From contig NC_013849.1 of NCBI RefSeq assembly GCF_000025505.1, positions 1,890,001 to 1,922,000 of the forward strand: a DNA stretch of 32,000 nt, in the 5' to 3' direction. The notes beneath the pieces were generated by a model, which had not been told where the DNA came from, did no database searches, and worked only from the letters and a program-made list of their open reading frames with translations. The translations under genes and the position numbers were made by a program. Shown one piece after another: positions 23,661-31,258 of this stretch; within the stretch, counting starts at the first letter, position 1; each line of letters starts with the position of its first letter. Source of the stretch: Ferroglobus placidus DSM 10642 (lineage in GTDB: Archaea; Halobacteriota; Archaeoglobi; Archaeoglobales; Archaeoglobaceae).

Positions 23661-24448
23661 AGCTGACAGCTCTCAACATACTTTTCCGGTATTATGTCCT
23701 TAACCCTCCCGCTGCAAACCGGGCATTCTGGATCCTTTCTCAGCTTCAACTCCGTGAAGTCCATTGTAAGAAGATCGACGTGAAGCATTCTGTTCACGAG
23801 AGTTTCCCCTATTCCGAGGAGGAGCTTTATCGCTTCTACAGCCTGTAGAGTTCCGAGCACTCCCACAGTAGCTCCCACAACTCCAGCCTCTTGGCAACTC
23901 GGAACAGTTCCCGGAGGAGGGGCGTGCTTGAAAACGCACCTGTAGCAAGCGCTCTCTTTTGGGACAACGGTCATTATCTCTCCTTCAAACCTCAGCACTG
24001 CTGCGTGAACGAAAGGAACTTCCTCTATAACGCAGGCGTCGTTTATTAAAAATCGAGCCACGAAGTTGTCCGTGCAGTCGAGAACGACGTCGTACTTCTT
24101 TATAATTTCCCTCGCATTTTCCGGGGTTAGATTGAATGGATAAACGTCAACCTTAACGTCTGGATTCAGCTTTTCGACGAAAATTTTTGCCGACTCAGCT
24201 TTGTTCATTCCGAGATTGCCGGCGTGAATCGTTTGCCTCTGCAAGTTGGAAATGTCAACAACGTCTCCGTCCACAATTCCTATTCTTCCCACTCCCGCTC
24301 CGGCTAAGTATTGAATGGCTGGACTTCCCAATCCTCCCGCTCCCACAACCAAGACGCTCGAGTCGAGTAGCTTTAGCTGTCCCTTTACTCCGATCTCAGG
24401 CATTATTATTTGCCTTGCGTACCTCTTTATCTGCTCGTCCGTAAGCAT
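23657..24448 (-). CDS. ThiF/MoeB/UbaA-family E1-like adenylyltransferase
   Basis: RYARQIIMPEIGVKGQLKL, the nucleotide-binding VLVVGAGGLGSPAIQYLAGAGVGRIGIVDGDVVDISNLQRQ, and zinc cysteines CYRC...CPVC. The ATG at 24448 lies 1 nt after the carrier-protein stop (alternative GTG at 24457). Confidence 0.9.
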   Translation of the reverse strand: MLTDEQIKRYARQIIMPEIGVKGQLKLLDSSVLVVGAGGLGSPAIQYLAGAGVGRIGIVDGDVVDISNLQRQTIHAGNLGMNKAESAKIFVEKLNPDVKVDVYPFNLTPENAREIIKKYDVVLDCTDNFVARFLINDACVIEEVPFVHAAVLRFEGEIMTVVPKESACYRCVFKHAPPPGTVPSCQEAGVVGATVGVLGTLQAVEAIKLLLGIGETLVNRMLHVDLLTMDFTELKLRKDPECPVCSGRVKDIIPEKYVESCQL

Positions 24449-24449
24449 T

Positions 24450-24719
24450 TCAACCACCGGAAATTGCCGGGATAAATGTCACTTCATCTCCATCCTTGAG
24501 TTCGGTATCCAGCCCTTTCAAATGCCTTATGTCTTCTCCGTTTACGAATATGTTTATAAAGGGAGTTACCTCTCCATCCTTAATTAACCTTTCCTTCAGC
24601 TGAGGATACCTCTCGAAGAGTTTGTCGAGAAGTTCTTTTACAGTCTTAACGTTTTCAACCTCTACTTTCCTTTCCTTCGTTATCTGAGTAAATACCGACG
24701 GGAACTTTACCTTTATCAA
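24450..24719 (-). CDS. ThiS/MoaD-family ubiquitin-like sulfur carrier ending in Gly-Gly
   Basis: 89 aa with a beta-grasp-like pattern. The C-terminus is ...DGDEVTFIPAISGG followed directly by the stop, so no processing protease is needed. Confidence 0.85.
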   Translation of the reverse strand: MIKVKFPSVFTQITKERKVEVENVKTVKELLDKLFERYPQLKERLIKDGEVTPFINIFVNGEDIRHLKGLDTELKDGDEVTFIPAISGG

Positions 24720-25930
24720 GCCACCACCTCCTCAAATTCTTCGAGTCTCGGCTTTATTCTCACCGTCGTTTCGAGGTAATCCACCAAAGCTTCGGATGTC
24801 TTCAACCCATTCCCCGTCAAGTATATAACGACGACATCACTTTTATCAATTCTCCCCTCTTCGACCAACCTTTTCAATCCAGCAACGGTTACTCCTCCGG
24901 CAAGTTCGGTGAATATTCCTTCGGTCTTCGCAAGTAGCTTAACCGCTTCAATTACCTCTAAATCGCTGGGATCTTCAGCGTAACCACCGCTCTTTTCTAT
25001 TATCTCCTTAGCGAAGATTCCATCTGCCGGATTGCCTATTGCCAAGCTGTGGACGATTGTTTTAATCTCTCTTATAGGCGTTACCGGCTTCCCTTCCTTC
25101 ACAGCCCTAACTATCGGAAATCCCTCAGGCTGACATCCGTTGAATACGACATCTTTCTCATCTACGAGTCCGACCCTTATCAAGTCTTTGAAACCTCTGT
25201 GTATTGCGCAAAGCAAAGCTCCTGAAGCCATCGGCACAACCACTTGATCCGGAAGCTCCCACCCCAATCTTTCGGCAGTTTCGTAAGCCAACGTCTTACT
25301 CCCCTCGGCATAGTAGGGGCGGAGGTTTATGTTCACGAATCCCCAGTCCGGATGCTCCTCAGCAACTTCCGTTGCCAATCTGTTAGCGTCGTCGTAGGTG
25401 CCTTCCACTTCGATAACCTTAGCCCCGTGAACCAAAGCCTGTATTATCTTGTTCTTCTCAATTCCAGCAGGTACGAAGATGTATGCTGGCAATTTTGCCT
25501 TCGCAGCGTGAGCAGCCAAGCTTCCAGCCAGGTTGCCAGTAGAGGCGCAGCCGAGGGCTTTCATTCCAAACTCCTTAGCCTTCGTCACGGCAACGCTCAC
25601 AACTCTGTCTTTGAACGAGTAAGTTGGGTTCGTTGAGTCGTCTAACAGGTAGAGGTTTTTCAAGCCGAGGACTTCTCCGAGGTTTTCAGCTTTTATGAAC
25701 CTCGTGTATCCAGCCCCGAGATCCACAGGCTCAGCTTCAACGGGGAGAAAGTCCTTGTACCTCCAGAGAGTTTTCGGACCTTTTTCTATCTTTTCCTTGC
25801 TAACGTTTTCCTTAATCCACTCCCAGTCGTACACGACTTCTAAAGGACCAAAACAGTTATCGCAAGTGTACAAAGCTTCAGCCGGAAACTCCTTGCCGCA
25901 AATTCTGCACTTAAGCCCCACCACTTTCAT
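24716..25930 (-). CDS. threonine synthase family PLP enzyme (ThrC-like) with N-terminal zinc ribbon
   Basis: 404 aa. LKCRICGKEF...YTCDNCFGPLEVVYD ribbon, PLP-lysine motif NPTYSFKDRVVS, and ASTGNLAGSLAAHA. Its 3' end overlaps the downstream carrier gene by 4 nt. Confidence 0.85.
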   Translation of the reverse strand: MKVVGLKCRICGKEFPAEALYTCDNCFGPLEVVYDWEWIKENVSKEKIEKGPKTLWRYKDFLPVEAEPVDLGAGYTRFIKAENLGEVLGLKNLYLLDDSTNPTYSFKDRVVSVAVTKAKEFGMKALGCASTGNLAGSLAAHAAKAKLPAYIFVPAGIEKNKIIQALVHGAKVIEVEGTYDDANRLATEVAEEHPDWGFVNINLRPYYAEGSKTLAYETAERLGWELPDQVVVPMASGALLCAIHRGFKDLIRVGLVDEKDVVFNGCQPEGFPIVRAVKEGKPVTPIREIKTIVHSLAIGNPADGIFAKEIIEKSGGYAEDPSDLEVIEAVKLLAKTEGIFTELAGGVTVAGLKRLVEEGRIDKSDVVVIYLTGNGLKTSEALVDYLETTVRIKPRLEEFEEVVA

Positions 25931-25936
25931 GTAACA

Positions 25937-25946
25937 GCGTTAACGG
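25937..25946. promoter_or_regulatory. GCGTTAACGG palindromic element between the TATA box and the start codon of operon B
   Basis: The CGTTAACG palindrome lies 8-15 nt upstream of the thrC-like ATG (25930) and downstream of the TATA-like AAAATTATATATAC (minus-strand reading of 25953-25966). Confidence 0.3.
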
Positions 25947-25993
25947 TAATATGTATATATAATTTTCTGTCAGTGTTAAATTACAAATAGTAA

Positions 25994-26374
25994 TTAAACG
26001 AAGATTACCTTTTCCGCCTCCATAAGCTGCTCAGCCAGTCCGCCAACTCTGTCGACCCAATCTGGAAGTTCCTCTTCCTTTATTCCGAGAACCTCCATGC
26101 TTCCGCTGCAAATTATAATTTCGAGGTTACCGAACTCCTTTCCGAGCTTAATCATCTCATCAAGAGTTTTAATTTTCCCCTCCTCCATACCCTTCCTTAT
26201 TTTTTCGTTCTTCTCCTCACTTCCGCAGTCGAATTTCCCTCTTACTATGGTTTCTATCGCCCAGTAGGTTAGAAAGACCTTCACCTTTTTGTCCAAAGCT
26301 GAATAAGTTGAGGCTATGCTGAAAGCGTGGTATATTCTGTCCCACTCACCGCTGTGAATTATTATGGAAATCAT
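25994..26374 (-). CDS. DsrE/DsrF-like (COG2210-type) sulfur-relay family protein
   Basis: 126 aa. MISIIIHSGEWDRIYHAFSIAS...VKVFLTYWAI...LEIIICSGSMEVLGI has the alpha/beta DsrE-like pattern with the conserved Cys in IICSGS. Confidence 0.65.
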   Translation of the reverse strand: MISIIIHSGEWDRIYHAFSIASTYSALDKKVKVFLTYWAIETIVRGKFDCGSEEKNEKIRKGMEEGKIKTLDEMIKLGKEFGNLEIIICSGSMEVLGIKEEELPDWVDRVGGLAEQLMEAEKVIFV

Positions 26375-26378
26375 GCTC

Positions 26379-26594
26379 TCACCTCTTAAGGATCAGTACG
26401 TATTTGTTTCCGTCGACGTAGGCTTTGACCAAATTCTTTCTGAACTCAGCTGCAACGCTTTCCGCTGACTTTTTTGAGGTGAATACAACTTTTAGAGTCT
26501 CACCTTCCCTAAGCTTGTTGAATTCCGCTCTCGTCTTTATCGCCGTTACTGGGCAAACTTCTCCGCTTAAATCCAAGATTTTGTCAGCTTCCAT
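26379..26594 (-). CDS. TusA/SirA-like sulfur carrier protein (copy 2)
   Basis: MEADKILDLSGEVCPVTAIKTRAEFNKL. The ATG at 26594 has an AGGTGA SD 5 nt upstream (alternative starts at 26600 and 26603). It overlaps the sat 3' end. Confidence 0.75.
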   Translation of the reverse strand: MEADKILDLSGEVCPVTAIKTRAEFNKLREGETLKVVFTSKKSAESVAAEFRKNLVKAYVDGNKYVLILKR

Positions 26595-27711
26595 TCCCAT
26601 CACCTACGAAGGGGTCTTCGAAAGAGGAAATTACCTCAAGGACCTCTTCTCTCATAAACTCGCACTTCATACCGCATATTAAACAGTTTCTGACGTAAGT
26701 TCCGCTGAATTCTTTTCCTTCGTGAGGACAAACGCTTTTGCTTATAACTCCGCATTTGTCGCAGCAGTGAAACTCTTTGAAAAACAGCGGCTTTATCTCC
26801 AAATCGTCATGCTCTTTCAACATTTCGTGAGCTTCGTAAGGTTTGTAATAGCTTCCAACTCCGGCGTGGTCTCTGCCGACTATGAAGTGCGTGCATCCAA
26901 AATTCTGTCTAACTATAGCGTGCAAAACAGCCTCTCTTGGACCAGCGTAACGCATTTCCGTCTTCCATATTCCGAGGAACACCCTATCCTTCGGATAGTA
27001 ATTTTCTATTAAGGCTTCGTAAGCCTTTATTATTACCTCGTCTTTGAAATCCCCCTTCTTCTTCCTTCCTATCACTGGATTTATAAATAGACCAGCGTTT
27101 CCTCCGGTAAAGGCTTCTACAGCCATCAGAGCTATTTTTTGAACGTATTCATGTCCCAAATGCGGAGCGTTTCTTGTTTGAAAGGCAACTACGTAATCCC
27201 ATCTTTTGAAAATTTCTCTCGTTTGCTCTGGCTTGAAATCGTAGCTTCTGAATCTGTTATCGATGCTTTCAATAAACCAGACTTTTCCTCCGAGGAGGGT
27301 GTCTTTCATCTCGTAAACTCTTCTAACTCCCGGATGCTCTATATCCGTTGTTTTAAAAACGCATCTTGCGTACTCTTTCTTATCGTAGCTGTAAACGTCT
27401 TCAACTTCGATAACGCCGACGATTTTTCCATCGCAAACTAAGGCGTAGCTTTCTCCTTCCTCTCCTTCCGCGTCGAGAACTATTGGAATCGTCCAGCTTA
27501 AGCCGTTGGAAAGCCTCCTCTCCCATAAAACGCTCTCGAAGTCTTCGCTGCACATGAAACCCTCCAAGGGGCTGTACACTCCAAAGCCTATGTTTTCAAC
27601 GTCCAAAGCAACCTCTCTCCTAACCTCTATTTTTTCGAGCTCCTTAGCCTCTTCTCTCAGTTTTTCGGTAGCTAACCTCTTTACGAGTTTTCCTCCGTGG
27701 GGCTTAATCAT
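26584..27711 (-). CDS. sat: sulfate adenylyltransferase (ATP sulfurylase)
   Basis: 375 aa. FQTRNAPHLGHEY (QxRNxxHxxH) and HFIVGRDHAGVG (GRDHAG) motifs. C-terminal Cys/His cluster CCDKCGVISKSVCPH. Confidence 0.92.
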   Translation of the reverse strand: MIKPHGGKLVKRLATEKLREEAKELEKIEVRREVALDVENIGFGVYSPLEGFMCSEDFESVLWERRLSNGLSWTIPIVLDAEGEEGESYALVCDGKIVGVIEVEDVYSYDKKEYARCVFKTTDIEHPGVRRVYEMKDTLLGGKVWFIESIDNRFRSYDFKPEQTREIFKRWDYVVAFQTRNAPHLGHEYVQKIALMAVEAFTGGNAGLFINPVIGRKKKGDFKDEVIIKAYEALIENYYPKDRVFLGIWKTEMRYAGPREAVLHAIVRQNFGCTHFIVGRDHAGVGSYYKPYEAHEMLKEHDDLEIKPLFFKEFHCCDKCGVISKSVCPHEGKEFSGTYVRNCLICGMKCEFMREEVLEVISSFEDPFVGDGNGS

Positions 27712-28001
27712 CTTCTCACCACTATTCTTTTCTCTTCAACGACCTCTCCTTCGAAGAGGATTTGAAACACCATTTCTCTTCCATCCTTCCAAACTAAAAG
27801 CTCGTACCTCTGATCCCCCACGTGAGGAGGGAGGAGGAGCGTTATTGCTTTTGCCGGACATTCCTTTACGCACGCTGCGCAGTGCCAGCACTTGTCTGGA
27901 TAAGCAAGCTGAGGAAACTCGTTCATTTTTATAGCTGAAGACGGGCATATTTTCTCGCATTTTCCGCAAGAAATGCACTTTTCTCTGTAAATTTTTATCA
28001 C
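27708..28001 (-). CDS. 2x[4Fe-4S] ferredoxin-domain protein, AprB-like partner of the adjacent flavoprotein
   Basis: 97 aa. CISCGKCEKICP and CWHCAACVKECP cluster motifs plus a 45-aa tail. The GTG start overlaps the aprA-like stop (GTGA), and the 3' end overlaps the sat start by 4 nt. Confidence 0.8.
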   Translation of the reverse strand: MIKIYREKCISCGKCEKICPSSAIKMNEFPQLAYPDKCWHCAACVKECPAKAITLLLPPHVGDQRYELLVWKDGREMVFQILFEGEVVEEKRIVVRR

Positions 28002-29545
28002 ACGTACTCCCTCCTGAAAGTCACCTTTTCCCCAAACTTCGAAACGAGCATGTAGTTCGAGTTGCTGAGCTCCGGATAATCGCTTCTCATCTGGAAGGGG
28101 GGCATTCTCGTTTCTTTTCTCTCTATCATGTGGTGAAGCATGGCTCTCGCAACAACGAGCCTGTCTCTCGTTTCAAAAACTCTGATCGGCTCCCCTCCAA
28201 GTTTCAAGCTTAAAAGCTTTTCTACCTCTTTTAAAGCGTAGCTTGCCGAAGCTTCGTTGTAAACGTAAAACCTCGGCAGTCCTCCGGCGTAGTGATCGAG
28301 AACGAACTTCATTCTCTCCTCAGCGTTCTTCCAATGATAACCGTCGAATTCGAACTGTAACTCCTTGGGAGTGTAATCGTTCGTCCTCTTTACTCTCGCA
28401 GCTTCTTTAGCGGCGATAATTCCTTCAGCTAAGGCTCCACCAACGTGTTTTAAGGGAACCCCTCCAGCAGCGTCTCCAGCAGCGAAGAGATACTTCACGC
28501 TCGTCATCCTCTTATCATCAACCCATATTCCAGCTATCGTATGAGAAGCTGTCAAATAAGGCTCGGAAGGCTGAACTTCGAGAAGCTTCTCCTTTAAATC
28601 AATCCCCCTCGCTTTTACGAAAAGGTAGAAGAGCGGCCAGGCGTTTAGATAGAGTTTTATCAGCTCATCGAACTTTTCCTCTTCAACACCCCTCGTATCG
28701 AGGTATATCGGAAAATTTCCTTCGAGAATTTCCTTGGTCGGAGCGTAAGCTCTTATCGCTATCGGAGCAGTCTCTCCACCGAACTCAGCGTACTTCTTTT
28801 TCATGAACTCTTCCCCCTTCGAATTTATCAGCGGAGCTTTCAAGCCAACGGCAGTAACACCTATAGGACTGTTCACGTCCTTTATTCTCGGAGGAATGAA
28901 CCTTATTTCCAAACTCGTCATCTCAGCTCCAGCTCTTATAGCCAAAGAGAAACCGCTTCCAGCGTTGCCGGGAGGATACCAAGGAACAGTGTAGTTGCTG
29001 TATAATCCGCTCGCCCCACCAGTGGCTATCAAAACGGCTTTTGCTTTAACGAAAACGAGGTCTTCGTTTTTTAAATCGAAGGCGTAAACTCCACAAACTC
29101 CGTCTTTCACTCCGAGCTCTACTGAGTAGTGGTATTCGAGTACGTTCTCTGTCGAATCTCTTGCTATGTCTGCGAGAATGGGCTTTATGTGCTCCCCGTA
29201 AATTTTTAACCCAAACCTCCCCTGCCTTTCCCACAGAATCGGCAGTCCGTATTTTTCCAAAATTTTTACAGCATTTCTAACTTCTTTTATCTGCGTCAAA
29301 GCGAGGTCTTTTCTTGCAAGACCCATCCCCTGAAATTTTACGAATTCGTAGTAATCCTCCGGTTTGTCTCCTTCGTGAAGGTAGGAATAAATAGCGTTAA
29401 CCCCCGGAGCCAGGCATCCGCTCCTTCTTATATTTGCTTTGTCTATTATTACGGACTCGATTCCTTCCTTACTTGCTTGGTAAGCTGCCAAACATCCGGC
29501 TGTGCCTCCACCTACTATGGCTAAGTCGGTGTTTATTACTTCCAT
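27998..29545 (-). CDS. adenylylsulfate (APS/PAPS) reductase alpha-subunit-like FAD flavoprotein, short form
   Basis: 515 aa. FAD fold DLAIVGGGTAGCLAA, RRSGCLAPGVNAI, and WYPPGNAGSGFSLAIRAGAEMTSLEIRFIPPRIKD, which parallels the AprA string W.P..N.G.G...A..AGA.....E.RF.P.R.KD. C-terminal AAGDAAGG. Confidence 0.8.
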   Translation of the reverse strand: MEVINTDLAIVGGGTAGCLAAYQASKEGIESVIIDKANIRRSGCLAPGVNAIYSYLHEGDKPEDYYEFVKFQGMGLARKDLALTQIKEVRNAVKILEKYGLPILWERQGRFGLKIYGEHIKPILADIARDSTENVLEYHYSVELGVKDGVCGVYAFDLKNEDLVFVKAKAVLIATGGASGLYSNYTVPWYPPGNAGSGFSLAIRAGAEMTSLEIRFIPPRIKDVNSPIGVTAVGLKAPLINSKGEEFMKKKYAEFGGETAPIAIRAYAPTKEILEGNFPIYLDTRGVEEEKFDELIKLYLNAWPLFYLFVKARGIDLKEKLLEVQPSEPYLTASHTIAGIWVDDKRMTSVKYLFAAGDAAGGVPLKHVGGALAEGIIAAKEAARVKRTNDYTPKELQFEFDGYHWKNAEERMKFVLDHYAGGLPRFYVYNEASASYALKEVEKLLSLKLGGEPIRVFETRDRLVVARAMLHHMIERKETRMPPFQMRSDYPELSNSNYMLVSKFGEKVTFRREYV

Positions 29546-29778
29546 ATCCTTATCCTCCAGTAACCGTCTTCTTTCTTACTTTCAACTTTGTATCCTTTCT
29601 TTTCGAAAACTATCGGTAGATCTCTCGCCGATGGAGGATTGTCTGTTATTACCTCAAGCTTCGCACTACCTATCTTTTTCAAAGCGAGCTCTGTGAATAT
29701 CTGAGGGAAGGGGCACGTGTTTCCCCTAACGTCAAGCTCGTAAACGTCCTTTCCAATTTTTTTAAGCTTTAACTCCAT
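29536..29778 (-). CDS. TusA/SirA-like sulfur carrier protein (copy 3)
   Basis: 80 aa. YELDVRGNTCPFPQIFTELALKKI carries the Cys-Pro motif. It overlaps the aprA-like start by 10 nt and begins 4 nt after the sulfite-reductase stop. Confidence 0.75.
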   Translation of the reverse strand: MELKLKKIGKDVYELDVRGNTCPFPQIFTELALKKIGSAKLEVITDNPPSARDLPIVFEKKGYKVESKKEDGYWRIRIWK

Positions 29779-29782
29779 ACGA

Positions 29783-31162
29783 TCACCTCGATATTAGCTT
29801 TTCGAACTCCTCAATAACCTCTTCAGCTGTCAAGCCAGTCTTATAAGGCTTCGACATTTTCAGCTTCGCAAAATCTCCGCCGATGTAGATGTCGTAACCT
29901 TGAACGACTTTTCCGTTCTTTCTTACCATTCTCGCAATAAATCCGAATTCGGCAACGTTAACGCAGCCGCAGTCGTTGTGGCAGCCGGAGACGTTTATTC
30001 TGATATCCTTCACTCCCTTCCTTTCGCAAACTTCTATCAATTTTCTCAAAAGATCCTTGGCGTGAACATCCCTCGTTTTCCCGCAGAAGTTCGAGGCACA
30101 GGCTATGGAGTTGTAGTATACTTGTCCTTCTCTTATCTCGAACGTCTTCTCAAGATCCCTCCTCAACTTTTCGACATCCTTAACATCCACAAACGTAACG
30201 TTCTGCTGAGGAGTTAGCCTTACCTCTCCTTCTCCGTGCTTGTCAGCCATGTCGGCTATGAATTCAAGCTTTTCAGCGTTGAGAACTCCGCCTATAATAG
30301 GCAGAGTGTAATAGTACAAGCCGTTAACCTGCTCGCCGCTTCCGTTGTGATCAGCATGTCTCAACTCAATTCCCTCAACTCTTTCAAGCTTCCCAATTTT
30401 TTCCTCTATCACGCTTCTAAGCTTCTCGATCCCCCAAGAATTTACGAGATTTTTGAATCTCGCTTTCGCTTTGCTCTCTCTGCTCGAATGGTCTCTGTGA
30501 ATTTCCACAACAGCCTTAACGAACTCGAAAACTTTCTCTTCCGGAACGAAAACACCGAGATTTTTAGCGAGAGTGGGTCCGGGATGGCTTGCCCCTATGC
30601 TTCCTCCTACGAAGGGAACGAAACCTCTTCTCCCGTCGAGCTCGACTCCGTACATTCCGAGATCGTTTATTCCGAGCCTTACGCAATCTCCTCCGCATCC
30701 GGTGAAAGCGATCTTGAACTTCCTCGGAAGATCTATGAACTCTGGATTTCCCGAGAAGAATTCCGTAAGCTCTTTTGCGTGCTTTGCAACGTCGAAATCG
30801 GAAATTTTTCCGCTTAGAGGGCAAGAAACTATATTTCTTACGTCACCATAGCAAGCTCCGCTGAATCCCTGCCCGCAGAGATCGGTCGTGTAGCCGAGAC
30901 TGTACAGCTCTTCAAAAATTTCCAAAGCTTTTTCGCTGTCTATCCAGTGGAGCTGAATATCCTGCCTGTCGGTTATTTCAGCGTAGCCTCTTCCGTACTT
31001 TCTCGAAAGCTTCGCTATCTCTCTAAGTTTGTCGCTCGTAATTTGCCCAGCCGGAATTTTTATCCTGAGAAAGTGCAATGATCCATTTCCGTTGTCTCTG
31101 CCCAAGGAGTACTTACCTATAAATTTCCCAATTTCGCCAAGCTCAATTTTGATCTCCATCAT
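29783..31162 (-). CDS. nitrite/sulfite reductase family hemoprotein (small assimilatory-type sulfite reductase-like)
   Basis: 459 aa with a two-repeat NIR/SIR architecture. The second half has the siroheme-[4Fe-4S] cysteines ACASNFCGK ... VSGCHNDCGC. The first half has FTGCGGDCVRLGINDLG. Confidence 0.8.
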   Translation of the reverse strand: MMEIKIELGEIGKFIGKYSLGRDNGNGSLHFLRIKIPAGQITSDKLREIAKLSRKYGRGYAEITDRQDIQLHWIDSEKALEIFEELYSLGYTTDLCGQGFSGACYGDVRNIVSCPLSGKISDFDVAKHAKELTEFFSGNPEFIDLPRKFKIAFTGCGGDCVRLGINDLGMYGVELDGRRGFVPFVGGSIGASHPGPTLAKNLGVFVPEEKVFEFVKAVVEIHRDHSSRESKAKARFKNLVNSWGIEKLRSVIEEKIGKLERVEGIELRHADHNGSGEQVNGLYYYTLPIIGGVLNAEKLEFIADMADKHGEGEVRLTPQQNVTFVDVKDVEKLRRDLEKTFEIREGQVYYNSIACASNFCGKTRDVHAKDLLRKLIEVCERKGVKDIRINVSGCHNDCGCVNVAEFGFIARMVRKNGKVVQGYDIYIGGDFAKLKMSKPYKTGLTAEEVIEEFEKLISR

Positions 31163-31183
31163 TTGAAAGTTTTTTCAAATTAC

Positions 31184-31194
31184 GATATATAAAG
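31184..31194 (-). promoter_or_regulatory. TATA-box-like element for operon A (sulfite reductase first gene)
   Basis: The minus strand reads CTTTATATATC, centred about 27 nt upstream of the ATG at 31162, consistent with a leaderless transcript. Confidence 0.35.
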
Positions 31195-31209
31195 TTAACG
31201 GCGTTAACT
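31193..31209. promoter_or_regulatory. inverted repeat AGTTAAC-GGC-GTTAACT in the divergent sir / tauE intergenic region
   Basis: Perfect 7-bp arms with a 3-nt spacer, abutting the operon A TATA element. It shares the GCGTTAAC / GTTAACGG core with the element at 25937-25946. Confidence 0.3.
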
Positions 31210-31258
31210 ATTAATATCATAACGTATGAAGAAAATTAAAAGTAAACAGTGTTAAGTG

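Noticed and set aside
27736-27978. 80-aa Arg-rich alternative-frame ORF inside the ferredoxin gene, and an 86-aa R/K-rich ORF at 30564-30824 inside the sulfite reductase gene.
   Set aside because: They lie on the same strand but out of frame with ORFs carrying clear Fe-S and siroheme motifs. Their composition is an artefact of frame-shifted reading of GA-rich codons.
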